64,000 nucleotides of DNA, from NCBI GenBank assembly GCA_965226795.1, contig CBDDDZ010000005.1, forward strand, positions 160,001 through 224,000, read 5' to 3'. The notes below the pieces were generated by a model. It was not told the DNA's origin. It did not search any database and saw only the letters and a program-made list of their open reading frames with translations. Shown piece after piece: positions 1 to 9,071 of this stretch (the first letter of the stretch is position 1; each line of letters opens with the position of its first letter). A program made the translations under genes and the position numbers. The stretch is from Candidatus Latescibacterota bacterium (GTDB lineage Bacteria > Latescibacterota > UBA2968 > GCA-2709665).

Positions 1-1
1 A

Positions 2-1084
2 CGGCTCAGGCCGGAGAACTACTGGTACGGGCAGCCGTACAGTTATCTGACGCGGGATATGTTCGACCTGAGCGCCCGGATTGTGGATGGCGTGAATTCG
101 GAGGTACGGGTCCGGAACGGGTTGGCAGAAATGGCGCTTCCCCCTCTGCTGGCCGGTTCCCAGACGGGTCGGTTTCTGGACTACGCTCATGTGGGAAAAA
201 CGGAGGAACTGACGTCCTTCCAGCGCAAACTCCGGATGTTGCGGTGGGCGAGGCACTGCTGGCGGGTGGGGAAACGTCGGCGGCGTATCGCGGAGGCGGA
301 TCTTGCGCCGTCACTCAGGCACGAGCGCGCGTGGGAGGTCTGGCTGGATTGGTCCCGGGACACGATGAATGCGTTCGGCATCCGGCTGGAAGTGACGATA
401 GCCCCGATGTTTCGCACACTTGTCCGGGAAATGGACCTTTCCGGTGGGGGTCAGAAGATTCTGTTCCTGCCCTCGCACCAGAGCATGCTGGAGCATTTCG
501 TTGTGTTTTCGGTGTTCAACGATCCGGTGTTTCTGGATGCCATGGGATGGGATCGTTCCCGCCCTGTGGTGCAGCTGGCCCGCACGGGTCTGGCGAAGTC
601 GACGTCGGTGAAGATCGGATCCCTCGAGATCAGTATCTTCGGTATGTCTCCGGACAAATTCGACAGGATGTTCGAGTCCGTCGACGGCTTCATCACCCGA
701 GACAGTGTGGATATCTCATCCCATACGATACCGCGCATCCTGAAGGAAATGGAACACCGCCCGGGTCTGATTTATCCGATGGGCACAACGGCTTCGTTCG
801 ACGTGCAGTTGTTTCCGCTGCAACACGCTCTGTTTGCGAAACTGCCCCAGGACGTCGTGATGATTCCCATCGCCTTTCGAGGCAGCCATGCGCTCTGGCC
901 AAAGTGTCCTGCACGCAATCTGAATATCAATCCGGGTGTGGTCGAGGCGGTGATTTTACCACCCATGCCGGGCGAGACCACGTTGCTGCCGCGCCGCCGG
1001 TCCCTGCGGATCCAGCTTGAGGCCGCCAATCTGCTTCAGGCGGTACATATTTCGAATCTGCTGAATCCGGAACCCTCTCAATAA
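2..1084 (+). CDS. PlsC/LPLAT-superfamily acyltransferase, 5'-truncated by the window edge
   Basis: Frame is open from base 2 (RLRPENYWYGQPYSYLTRDMF...). Block I-like LPSHQSMLEH, block III-like IYPMGT, block IV-like VVMIPIAFRGSHALWPK. Confidence 0.7.
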   Translation, partial: RLRPENYWYGQPYSYLTRDMFDLSARIVDGVNSEVRVRNGLAEMALPPLLAGSQTGRFLDYAHVGKTEELTSFQRKLRMLRWARHCWRVGKRRRRIAEADLAPSLRHERAWEVWLDWSRDTMNAFGIRLEVTIAPMFRTLVREMDLSGGGQKILFLPSHQSMLEHFVVFSVFNDPVFLDAMGWDRSRPVVQLARTGLAKSTSVKIGSLEISIFGMSPDKFDRMFESVDGFITRDSVDISSHTIPRILKEMEHRPGLIYPMGTTASFDVQLFPLQHALFAKLPQDVVMIPIAFRGSHALWPKCPARNLNINPGVVEAVILPPMPGETTLLPRRRSLRIQLEAANLLQAVHISNLLNPEPSQ

Positions 1085-1174
1085 GGATCCGGGCAGGTAC
1101 GTCCGGTGTCATCTTACGGGATTGTCCGGTCGCATTGGCCGGGCCCGGACGGTTGTGGTTATGGGGAGCACGTT

Positions 1175-3034
1175 ATGACTGAGTGGGAAATAACAGCGGT
1201 TGCCGTAGCGGTTGCCGTAGCGGTTATTCTGGCGGTTGCGCTTCTGTCGAAACGGAGGCGTTCAGGAAGCGAACCGGACGCTTTTTTCGATCATTCGGAA
1301 GGGGAACGATTCCCCCACAAGTGGGGATATACGGATACGCGGTTCGAGTTCGTAGACGACCGGACGGTGAGGGTAAGCGGGAGCCGGTACCCGATTTCGG
1401 GGTACGAGATGCCGTTTCTGGTCGCCTTTGTGGAGGACGTGCTGGGCATTGCGATCCGGAGGGAAGACTCGTACGCAGAACGTGAGGATATCGGAGCGCC
1501 CGAGCCGAATGTGGAAGCAGCTTTCGGGAACGCGGTGAAAGAACGGTTCAGAGACGCGCAGGTTTCGTTCGATCCAAAAGTCAGGCTGGTACACAGCCAC
1601 GGACAGCTGAGTGTTGAAGAAGTGTATCGGGTGATGTATGGAGATTCAGTTCCGCGGCTGGTCGATCTGGTGTTCTACCCGGAGGAAGAAGCCGACGTCA
1701 AGGCCATGATCGAACTGGCCAACGAGCACAACGTCTGCCTGGTGCCCTATGGCGGGGGGACCAATGTGAGCGGGGCGCTGGCGTGTCCGACAGAAGAACG
1801 GCGAACGATCGTGTCCGTGGATATGCGACGGATGAAACGGGTGCAGTGGATTGACGAGGCCAATCTGCAGGCTTGCGTCGAGGCGGGTATTTCGGGAAAA
1901 GGCCTGGAGCAGGTGCTGGGAGAGAGGGGTTATACGTCGGGCCACGACCCGGATAGCGTGGAACTGTCCACGATGGGCGGGTGGATTTCGACAAACGCGA
2001 GCGGGATGAAGAAGAACCGATACGGCAATATCGAAGACATCGTGCTCGAGGCAACGCTGGTGACGCCTACAGGGGAAATCGCGACCCGCCGGGTGACGCC
2101 CAGAAACTCGACGGGCGTTCAGCCGAGGGGATTGTTGTTCGGCAGCGAGGGCAATTTCGGCATAATCACGACGGCCGTGATCAAGATTCATCCGATCCCC
2201 GAGGCGCGCAAGTACGGCGCCCTTGTCTTTCCGGCCTTCGAGAAGGGCGTTGCATATCTGAAGGCGCTTCGGCAGACAGGCATGTTGCCCGCGAGCATCC
2301 GCCTGGTCAACAACAACGAATTCCGTTTCGGTCAGGCCCTGAAACCGGAGCCGACGTCCTTGAAAGGGGTCAAGGAACGGATTCAGAAGTTCGTTCTGTT
2401 GAAGGTCCTGGGTTTCGATCCGATGAAGATGGCGGCGTGTACCATCGTGATGGAGGGCACGCACGCCGAAGTGCGCCAGCAGGAACGCACGATCTTCAGC
2501 CTGGCAAAAGAATACGGCGCCAGGAGCGCGGGCGCGAGCAACGGCAGGAGAGGATACTCACTGACCTTCGGCATCGCCTATATTCGGGACTTCCTGAATC
2601 AGTACGGCATTCTGGGCGAAACCTTCGAGACGTCGGTTCCCTGGGATCGGATCCACCAGGTATGCGATGCGGTATCGGAGGAACTGGTGACGCAGGCGGC
2701 CAGACACGAGGTGCCGGGTAAACCCTACCTCTCTTACAGGGTGACGCAGACCTATCATACCGGCGTCTGCATCTATTTTACGATGGGTATTTGCGGCAAG
2801 GGCATGGAACAGCCCGGCCGGACGTTTCACGCGATCGAACACCATCTGCGCCAGGTGATTCTGGACAACGGCGGGTCGTTGTCGCACCACCACGGCGTCG
2901 GCAAGGTCAGGCGGGAATTTCTGACCCAGATCCAGACCGATACCAGCATCCAGGTCATGCGCCAGGCGAAGAACGCGATGGATCCGAAAAACATCTTCGG
3001 GATCGGGAATGGCGTTTTTGGGGGAACGGACTGA
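1175..3034 (+). CDS. agpS: Alkyl-dihydroxyacetonephosphate synthase (FAD-linked, VAO/PCMH family) with N-terminal TM anchor
   Basis: PYGGGTNVS, GHDPDSVELSTMGGWISTNASGMKKNRYGNIED, PASIRL, ETSVPWDR, RVTQTYHTGVCIYF and SLSHHHGVGK all match AGPS signatures. GGGGAG RBS precedes ATG 1175. Confidence 0.88.
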   Translation: MTEWEITAVAVAVAVAVILAVALLSKRRRSGSEPDAFFDHSEGERFPHKWGYTDTRFEFVDDRTVRVSGSRYPISGYEMPFLVAFVEDVLGIAIRREDSYAEREDIGAPEPNVEAAFGNAVKERFRDAQVSFDPKVRLVHSHGQLSVEEVYRVMYGDSVPRLVDLVFYPEEEADVKAMIELANEHNVCLVPYGGGTNVSGALACPTEERRTIVSVDMRRMKRVQWIDEANLQACVEAGISGKGLEQVLGERGYTSGHDPDSVELSTMGGWISTNASGMKKNRYGNIEDIVLEATLVTPTGEIATRRVTPRNSTGVQPRGLLFGSEGNFGIITTAVIKIHPIPEARKYGALVFPAFEKGVAYLKALRQTGMLPASIRLVNNNEFRFGQALKPEPTSLKGVKERIQKFVLLKVLGFDPMKMAACTIVMEGTHAEVRQQERTIFSLAKEYGARSAGASNGRRGYSLTFGIAYIRDFLNQYGILGETFETSVPWDRIHQVCDAVSEELVTQAARHEVPGKPYLSYRVTQTYHTGVCIYFTMGICGKGMEQPGRTFHAIEHHLRQVILDNGGSLSHHHGVGKVRREFLTQIQTDTSIQVMRQAKNAMDPKNIFGIGNGVFGGTD

Positions 3035-3061
3035 GACATAAAGAATGAATGGTCTCGCTAT

Positions 3062-3390
3062 GGGGCCGCGTGATGTTTCTCCTAAATATCTTATTATTAA
3101 TTTTTTACGCCCTTTTTCTTTCTCGCCAAAGAAAAAGGGCCAAAAAGAACGGCGCCGCTCGGCACGGAGCCGGTTTTTCCACGAATCTCGTCATCGGCGA
3201 ATACTCACGGTTGTTCCCTGCGTACGCACCCGGACCCATGGCGCTTCGGCGCTGAACGGAATAGCGTGGAAAAACCCACCTCTCCACCTCCGGGCGCGTG
3301 ACGGACATATTCGGTGAGTGGGCGCCAGAAATGCGCCTGTCGCCAAATGTGCAGTTCAACGGCTCATGCGATGGCCCGCATGACGTCCTT
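3062..3390 (+). repeat. Dispersed ~300-bp structured repeat family A, copy 1 (no palindrome insert)
   Basis: TTTTTACGCCCTTTTTCTTTCTCGCCAAAGAAAAAGGGCCAAAAAGAACGGCGCC is shared with the reverse complement near 14640-14700 and, with a few substitutions, with 63860-63910. Boundaries approximate. Confidence 0.8.
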
Positions 3391-3501
3391 TTACGCCGCG
3401 TTTTAGTTCGTAGGGGCAACCCTTTTGGTCGCGTCAAAAGGAACCCGCCGGAGGCAGGGAATTTAGGGGGAAGAGTTTTTTGATTTTGGTTTGCGCCTTT
3501 G

Positions 3502-3584
3502 GCTGACCACTGCCTGCTGTTCGCTGCACGCTATTTGCTAACTACTGATTTTTCCTTTTGTGTCTTCGTGCCTTTGTGTGAGAG
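3502..3584. repeat. Degenerate heptamer tandem repeats followed by octamer repeats
   Basis: gctgacc|actgcct|gctgttc|gctgcac|gctattt|gctaact|actgatt, then ttttgtgt|cttcgtgc|ctttgtgt. Confidence 0.55.
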
Positions 3585-3658
3585 ATGAGTGCGAGGGCGC
3601 CAGAAGGGCTGGCTGATTGCTGTTTTTACTGACTGCTGTTTGAAGGATGGTTTTTTTT

Positions 3659-4465
3659 ATGTTCAACGGAAAGATCGTCGCGATAACCGGGGCGTCATCC
3701 GGCCTGGGCGCCACGCTGGCGCTGGCATTCGCGGAGGAGGGAGCGGACCTTGCGCTGTTCGCCCTAGACGAGGGTGTGCGGGAGACGGCGGAAGCGTGCC
3801 GTGAGCGGGGCAGCCGCGTGATTACGGCCACCGGCGACGTTGGAAAACCCGGTGACTGCCAGGGTTGGATCGACGCGGCGGTTTCCGAGTTCGGGGCCGT
3901 AGACTACCTGGTAGCCTGCGCCGGGATCAGCATGTGGGCGCGGTTTGAAGAGGTGGAGGATCTGGAAATTTTTCGCAAGTTGATGGAAACGAACTATCTG
4001 GGTGTCGTGCATTGCGTGTATTACGCGCTGCCCCACCTGAAAGCCCGCGACGGGATGGTTGTGGCGATTTCATCTATCCAGGGCAAGATCGGTGTGCCCA
4101 TGCACACCGGATACGTGGCGTCCAAGCACGCCGTCCAGGGATTCTTCGAGTCGTTGCGAACGGAGTTGCTCGACACCGGCGTGGACGTGCTGACGGTGTT
4201 GCCCCACTGGCTGCGCGGGACTAACTTACGCAAGGCGGCCTTCGGGAAGGATGGCGGCTCCCTGGGCGGGTCAAGCCGAAAGCACAGCAAGGAGTCGATA
4301 TCGCTGGACGACGCATGCACGGCCATCATCGAAGCCATGAGAAAGAGGAAGCGGGAACTGATTATTCCGTTCAAGCTCAGATTTCTGCCCTGGCTGCATC
4401 TGATCAATCCGAAGATTGTCGAATACCTGGTAACGCGTGGCGTGGCGAAGCAGGATAAGGGTTGA
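3659..4465 (+). CDS. Classical SDR oxidoreductase, DHRS7/DHRS7B-like
   Basis: TGASSGLG, NYLG, SSIQGKIGVP, YVASK (YxxxK), QGFFESLR. Confidence 0.88.
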   Translation: MFNGKIVAITGASSGLGATLALAFAEEGADLALFALDEGVRETAEACRERGSRVITATGDVGKPGDCQGWIDAAVSEFGAVDYLVACAGISMWARFEEVEDLEIFRKLMETNYLGVVHCVYYALPHLKARDGMVVAISSIQGKIGVPMHTGYVASKHAVQGFFESLRTELLDTGVDVLTVLPHWLRGTNLRKAAFGKDGGSLGGSSRKHSKESISLDDACTAIIEAMRKRKRELIIPFKLRFLPWLHLINPKIVEYLVTRGVAKQDKG

Positions 4466-4513
4466 TGGCGGTTCGGGCCGGCGCGGGTTACGGGCGGAAG
4501 CACGGGACGGGGT

Positions 4514-5203
4514 TCAGGAAAATAGCCCGTCCACGTCCAGGTGCCGTTCAACCAGTTCGGGCATGTGTCCGATACTTCCTGCATCCACGTTCACGCCTGA
4601 ATCATACGGCAGGATGCCCAGGGAGCGGACCCCGGTGAGGCGGGCGATTACGTCCGGGCTGGTGCGGGCGGCCCTCGGGTCGCCGGGTCCGGTCGTGTTG
4701 TACACGACACCCTTGATTTCCAGGTTTCGCCTTGTTGCGGCCTCGAGCGTCAGCATTGTGTGATTGATCGTGCCCAGTGCGGCACGGGCGACCACCATCA
4801 GTGGCAGGTTCAGACGGGCGGCGAGGTCCGAGACCAGGAAGTCGTCCCGGATCGGAACCAGCAGGCCGCCCACGCCCTCCACGAGTACGATATCGTGAAG
4901 GCTTGCCAGGCGGCTATAGGAATCCAGGATGGGTTCCAGTGGGACCTGGCGGCCTTCCAGTTCAGCGGCCACGTTGGGCGAGAGCGGCGCGGCAAGGCGG
5001 ACGGGATTGACAAGTTCGAGAGCATCGGTAACTCCCGCGGCTTTTGCCAGGAATCGCGCGTCGGCCGTGCCGCCCGCAGAAACGGGTTTGAATACACCGA
5101 CGTCAACGCCGCGTTTGAGTAAAACGGCCGCGAGGCCGGCGGTCACGGCGGTTTTGCCCGCGCCGGTGTCGGTGGCGGTAACGAAGACTCCCCTGGGGCG
5201 CAT
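4514..5203 (-). CDS. bioD: Dethiobiotin synthase
   Basis: VTATDTGAGKT, FKPV, VEGVGGLLVP, LGTINHT; follows bioA. Confidence 0.95.
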   Translation of the reverse strand: MRPRGVFVTATDTGAGKTAVTAGLAAVLLKRGVDVGVFKPVSAGGTADARFLAKAAGVTDALELVNPVRLAAPLSPNVAAELEGRQVPLEPILDSYSRLASLHDIVLVEGVGGLLVPIRDDFLVSDLAARLNLPLMVVARAALGTINHTMLTLEAATRRNLEIKGVVYNTTGPGDPRAARTSPDVIARLTGVRSLGILPYDSGVNVDAGSIGHMPELVERHLDVDGLFS

Positions 5204-5339
5204 GTTCAAGTCGTCGCGGAATCGGGGCCGAATTCACACATGAGTGTCGCGATTCTCCAGTCAGGCCGCCGTCAGGCGGCTTTTCATCAGGCGTTTCCAC
5301 GCGGGCGCCCGGCTGTGCCGACAGCGGCGCGGGCCGGGG

Positions 5340-6713
5340 TCAGGCCGGGCACGTGACGGCGCGGATGGATTCGTAGACGATATTCAGCAACGCTTCGAGA
5401 TCGCGGTCGGAAATGGCCAGGGGCGGCATGAGGACGATGGTGTCGCCCAGCGGGCGGATGAGAAGACCCCGTTTTCGGGCCTCGCGGCAGACGCGGACGC
5501 CGATCCTGTCCGTGGCGGGATACGGTTTGCCGCAGGATCTGTCGGCAACCAGTTCGATGCCGGCGATGAAGCCGCACTGGCGCACGTCGCCCGTGTGGGC
5601 GAGTTTCCCGAACCGGTCGAGTCCGCGCTCGAGGAGTGCGATTCTGGTGCGCAGAGACGCCAGTACCCTGTGGCTTTCGAAGCGCTCGATGGCGGCCAGT
5701 GCCGCCGCGCAGCCGAGCGGGTTTCCTGTATACGTGTGGCCGTGGAAAAACGTCCGGCCTTCGCTGTCTTCGCCCAGAAAGGCATCAAAGATCTCACTGG
5801 TTGTCAGGGTGGCGGCCACGGGCAGGTATCCGCCCGTGATGCCCTTGCCCAGGCAGAGTATGTCCGGCGCGACGTCTTCTATCTCGCAGGCGAACATGGC
5901 GCCCGTGCGGCCGAAGCCGGTGGCGATTTCATCGGCAATGAGTAGGACGTCGTGCGCCCTGCAGAGGTCGGCGATCCCCTTGAGATAGCCATCCGGATGA
6001 ACCAGCATCCCGCCCGCGCCCTGGATGAGCGGTTCGACAATGAAGGCGGCGATGCGGTGGGCATCCCGTTTCAGGATATCTTCGACCGCCCGCAAACAAT
6101 CCTGGTTGCACGCGTTTTCGCGGGCGCAGAACGTACAGCGATACGGGTGCGGCGCCGGCGCGTTAAGCGAGGGGAAGAGGAGCGGCCCGTAGGTTTTGTG
6201 AAAGAGATCGATGTTGCCGACGCTCATGGCGCCGATGGTGTCGCCGTGGTAGCTCTGCGAGAGGCTGAGAAAGGTCGTTTTCCCGGGTTTCGGACCCGGT
6301 CGCTGTCGCCAGTATTGGAAGGCGATTTTAAGGGCGATTTCGACGGCGCAGGCGCCGGTGTCGGAGTAGAACACATGGTTCAGACCCGGGGGCGTGATTT
6401 CCACGAGTTTTTCAGCCAGACGGATTGCGGGTACGTTGGACAGACCCAGTAGCGTGCTGTGTGCGACCTGGTCCAGTTGTCCGCGTATGGCGTCGTCGAT
6501 GTCCCCCACGCGGTGACCGTGCACGTTGCACCACATGGAGGAGTAGCCGTCGAGGTACCGGTTACCGTCGATGTCCTCCAGGTAGACGCCGTCCGCGCGC
6601 GCGATGACAATGGGGTCCTCGCGCGCGTATGTGCGCATCTGGGTGAACGGGTGCCACACCAGGCGACGGTCCAGGTCTTTGAGGCGGGCCTTGTCGTCCG
6701 GGGACATATTCAC
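5340..6713 (-). CDS. bioA: Adenosylmethionine-8-amino-7-oxononanoate aminotransferase
   Basis: WHPFTQM, YHGDT, DEIATGFGRTG, GKGITGGYLP, FFHGHTYTGNPL. Confidence 0.95.
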   Translation of the reverse strand: MNMSPDDKARLKDLDRRLVWHPFTQMRTYAREDPIVIARADGVYLEDIDGNRYLDGYSSMWCNVHGHRVGDIDDAIRGQLDQVAHSTLLGLSNVPAIRLAEKLVEITPPGLNHVFYSDTGACAVEIALKIAFQYWRQRPGPKPGKTTFLSLSQSYHGDTIGAMSVGNIDLFHKTYGPLLFPSLNAPAPHPYRCTFCARENACNQDCLRAVEDILKRDAHRIAAFIVEPLIQGAGGMLVHPDGYLKGIADLCRAHDVLLIADEIATGFGRTGAMFACEIEDVAPDILCLGKGITGGYLPVAATLTTSEIFDAFLGEDSEGRTFFHGHTYTGNPLGCAAALAAIERFESHRVLASLRTRIALLERGLDRFGKLAHTGDVRQCGFIAGIELVADRSCGKPYPATDRIGVRVCREARKRGLLIRPLGDTIVLMPPLAISDRDLEALLNIVYESIRAVTCPA

Positions 6714-6763
6714 TGTGAACCGGGCATGGGAGACAGGTGACAGAGATTTAACGCGGATACTCC

Positions 6764-6900
6764 TGGTGTTCTGTCCCGGAAATAGACCGCCTCAATTCGG
6801 CCGACGAGCGAAGGCACTTCGACAGGCTCAGTGTAAACAACGCAAAGAGACGGGATGAATCGTTGGAAGAATGGTGACATATTTCCGGGTCGGGACACTA
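6764..6900. mobile_element. IS630-type MITE family B, copy 1
   Basis: Imperfect ~22-bp TIRs TGGTGTTCTGTCCCGGAAATAG / ATATTTCCGGGTCGGGACACTA; internal similarity to 23958-24071 and 37643-37700. Confidence 0.7.
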
Positions 6901-7036
6901 CGGTCGTCCGGGACTGCCGGCGTCGGTTTACCACCACGCCCATCTCGATGGCGGCAGGCGCCGCGGACCTGCACCGATGGGTCCCGTGGCACGGCGCCGG
7001 TGTCTTCCGCCGGGCCGGATTCCACCGGGTCCTGGG

Positions 7037-7969
7037 TTATTGTCTGCGTGCGCCGATGCTCTCCAGGATTTTTATGGGCATTTTGCAGACCATCGTGTAC
7101 GCGGGGTCGTAGATGTTGCCCACGTCGTATTCCACGGCCTGCCCCATGAGGATGTGAATGGATCGGGCATCCAGTCCGTAGTCCTCCTGGAGGAATCGGA
7201 TCAACTCTGTGGTGGCGTGTTGCGTTGCCTGATCCAGCGGGCGGGCGTTGCCCACGGCCATCACGTGGGTTTGGTTGATTGACCGGGGCCAGTGGATGGT
7301 TTTGCCCTTCAGGAGCCGAAGCGTGAAGGTCACGTCGAAGGAGATTTCGATGCCCGTGCCCACGATTTCCCCGTCGCCCTGGACGGCATGGCCGTCGCCG
7401 ATGTGGAACAGCCCGCCTTCGACGAAAACGGGAAAGTACACGGTTACACCCTGGATAAACTCCCTGTAGTCCATGTTGCCGCCGTGCGTATCCGACGTGG
7501 CCGTGGAGATGGCCTGGCCCCGGGGCGGCGCCACGCCGAAGCAACCGACCATCGGTTTCAGCGGGATCCGGAGCCTGCCGATGGGAAGATCTTCGAAGCC
7601 GATGGGCGTGGCCGTGTTGTTTTCGAAGTCGATTTCCCAATCCAGGCGGTTGCGGTCGTCGTCGAATTCGGGCCTGTACCCGAAATCCAGCACGTTTGCG
7701 GCGACAACGCCCGATGTGTAGCCGATTCTTCGGTTGGGCGCCAGTTTGTCGAAGGTAACTGCCAGCGTGTCGCCCGGTTCCGCGCCCTCGAGGTAGAAGG
7801 GCCCCGTCTGGGGATTGCCGCCTGGAGTGATCGGTTCGCCCGTGGCGTCATTTCCGCCCGCGTCCACGGTCGTGGTTGTGATTGTGTCGCCGCTGGCGAC
7901 GTGCAGCACCGGGTCGTGCGAGCCAATGGCCGTATGGTAGGTTTCCGGGAGGAAGTGGTGGTGAGCCAT
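7037..7969 (-). CDS. Acetamidase/formamidase family protein
   Basis: NPQTGPFYLEGAEPGDTL, HGGNMD, GDGHAVQGDGE. GAGGAG RBS before ATG 7969; the longer ORF-track start is spurious. Confidence 0.9.
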   Translation of the reverse strand: MAHHHFLPETYHTAIGSHDPVLHVASGDTITTTTVDAGGNDATGEPITPGGNPQTGPFYLEGAEPGDTLAVTFDKLAPNRRIGYTSGVVAANVLDFGYRPEFDDDRNRLDWEIDFENNTATPIGFEDLPIGRLRIPLKPMVGCFGVAPPRGQAISTATSDTHGGNMDYREFIQGVTVYFPVFVEGGLFHIGDGHAVQGDGEIVGTGIEISFDVTFTLRLLKGKTIHWPRSINQTHVMAVGNARPLDQATQHATTELIRFLQEDYGLDARSIHILMGQAVEYDVGNIYDPAYTMVCKMPIKILESIGARRQ

Positions 7970-8064
7970 GGAAACTCCTCTAAAGAAAGTACAAGTGGGG
8001 TGACGGGGCGATCGATGGAAGCAGTCGGTGCCTTCCGCCGGGACGTCCGGTTTGAGCGGATTCG

Positions 8065-8988
8065 CTACTGCTGCACTGCAATCATCCGGATATCTGCGGG
8101 CGCGTTCCACGCGGACGTCCAGGTAAGGCCTCGATCCTGGCTGCCATAAAGGGTGGCACCCACGACCGACCAGGCGTGGCCGTCGGGCGTGAAAACAACC
8201 TGGAAGGTGTCGATGTTGCCCGTTGTGGTTTCGGGGAATCCGTCCGTGACGTGCGCCCAGTTGCGGCCCGCGTTTTCGGTTCTGTAGAGTTGCCCCTGGG
8301 CATCTCCGTGGGGCCCCGTGCTGACCGTGGCCAGCAGGCAGTCCGGATCTTCCGGGTGCACGGCAATGGCCCTGCCGTAATAATAGGGAAAGCCCTCGGG
8401 GCGGTGTTGCCAGGATGTCCCGCGGTCGTGGCTGAGGTACACGGCCTGGGCCGTGTTCGCGTAAACCCGGTCGTTTTCCCGGGGCGAGGTGGCCACCTGA
8501 TGCACGTCCTGGTGCAGTTCGGGTGTGACGGGTTCCCACGTGCGACCCTGGTCCGGAGACCGCATGATACTGCCCACGTGAATGTCGGCATAGACCCAGC
8601 CGTCCCGCGTGCGGGCCATGCTCCGCACGGCCGCCGGACCGCCCCACGGGGTATACCAGTCCCGGCGGCACTCGAGCCCGTCGAAGGAGGCCAGCCGTTC
8701 GGTTCCGTCCTCCGTCACGGCGTAAACGTGTGGGGCCTCCACGCCTACGAGGAAGCGCACCGGCTCTTCTTCAAGGATAAGGAGGCACTCTATGGGATAT
8801 TCAATGCCGGTGGAGAGGGTCCGCGATCCGTTTTGCGACAGGACGGCGATCTCCCCGTCCTGCAGTGCCGCAAGCCCAACGGACCGTCCTTCCGCAATCC
8901 CCTGTACTTCGCCGCGTTCAATTACGGGTTGCGGCGCAGTCCCGTCTCCATTCATCTCAAAGACTGTTTCCCGGGTGGCGATCAACAT
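8065..8988 (-). CDS. BNR/Asp-box beta-propeller protein (Ycf48/sialidase-like)
   Basis: Repeated Asp-box motifs RSPDQGRTW, LSHDRGTSW, RTENAGRNW, GSQDRGLTW. AAGGAG RBS. Confidence 0.8.
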   Translation of the reverse strand: MLIATRETVFEMNGDGTAPQPVIERGEVQGIAEGRSVGLAALQDGEIAVLSQNGSRTLSTGIEYPIECLLILEEEPVRFLVGVEAPHVYAVTEDGTERLASFDGLECRRDWYTPWGGPAAVRSMARTRDGWVYADIHVGSIMRSPDQGRTWEPVTPELHQDVHQVATSPRENDRVYANTAQAVYLSHDRGTSWQHRPEGFPYYYGRAIAVHPEDPDCLLATVSTGPHGDAQGQLYRTENAGRNWAHVTDGFPETTTGNIDTFQVVFTPDGHAWSVVGATLYGSQDRGLTWTSAWNAPADIRMIAVQQ

Positions 8989-9071
8989 ACCGACTCCTTT
9001 CGCCCAACGTCGAGCGGGCCGAATACGGTTCCGACCGGAATCCTCCGGATCGAAACGGTGGCAGGTGATTC

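Noticed and set aside
7000..7035. Cobalamin riboswitch
   Set aside because: Only a short CCGGTGGAATCCGG resemblance; no B12-box or other conserved elements.
7970..8671. N-terminal extensions in the ORF track (acetamidase, Gfo 10137-10556, thiS, thiO, thiE)
   Set aside because: They overlap neighbouring genes or the riboswitch; downstream starts match family N-termini and often have an RBS.
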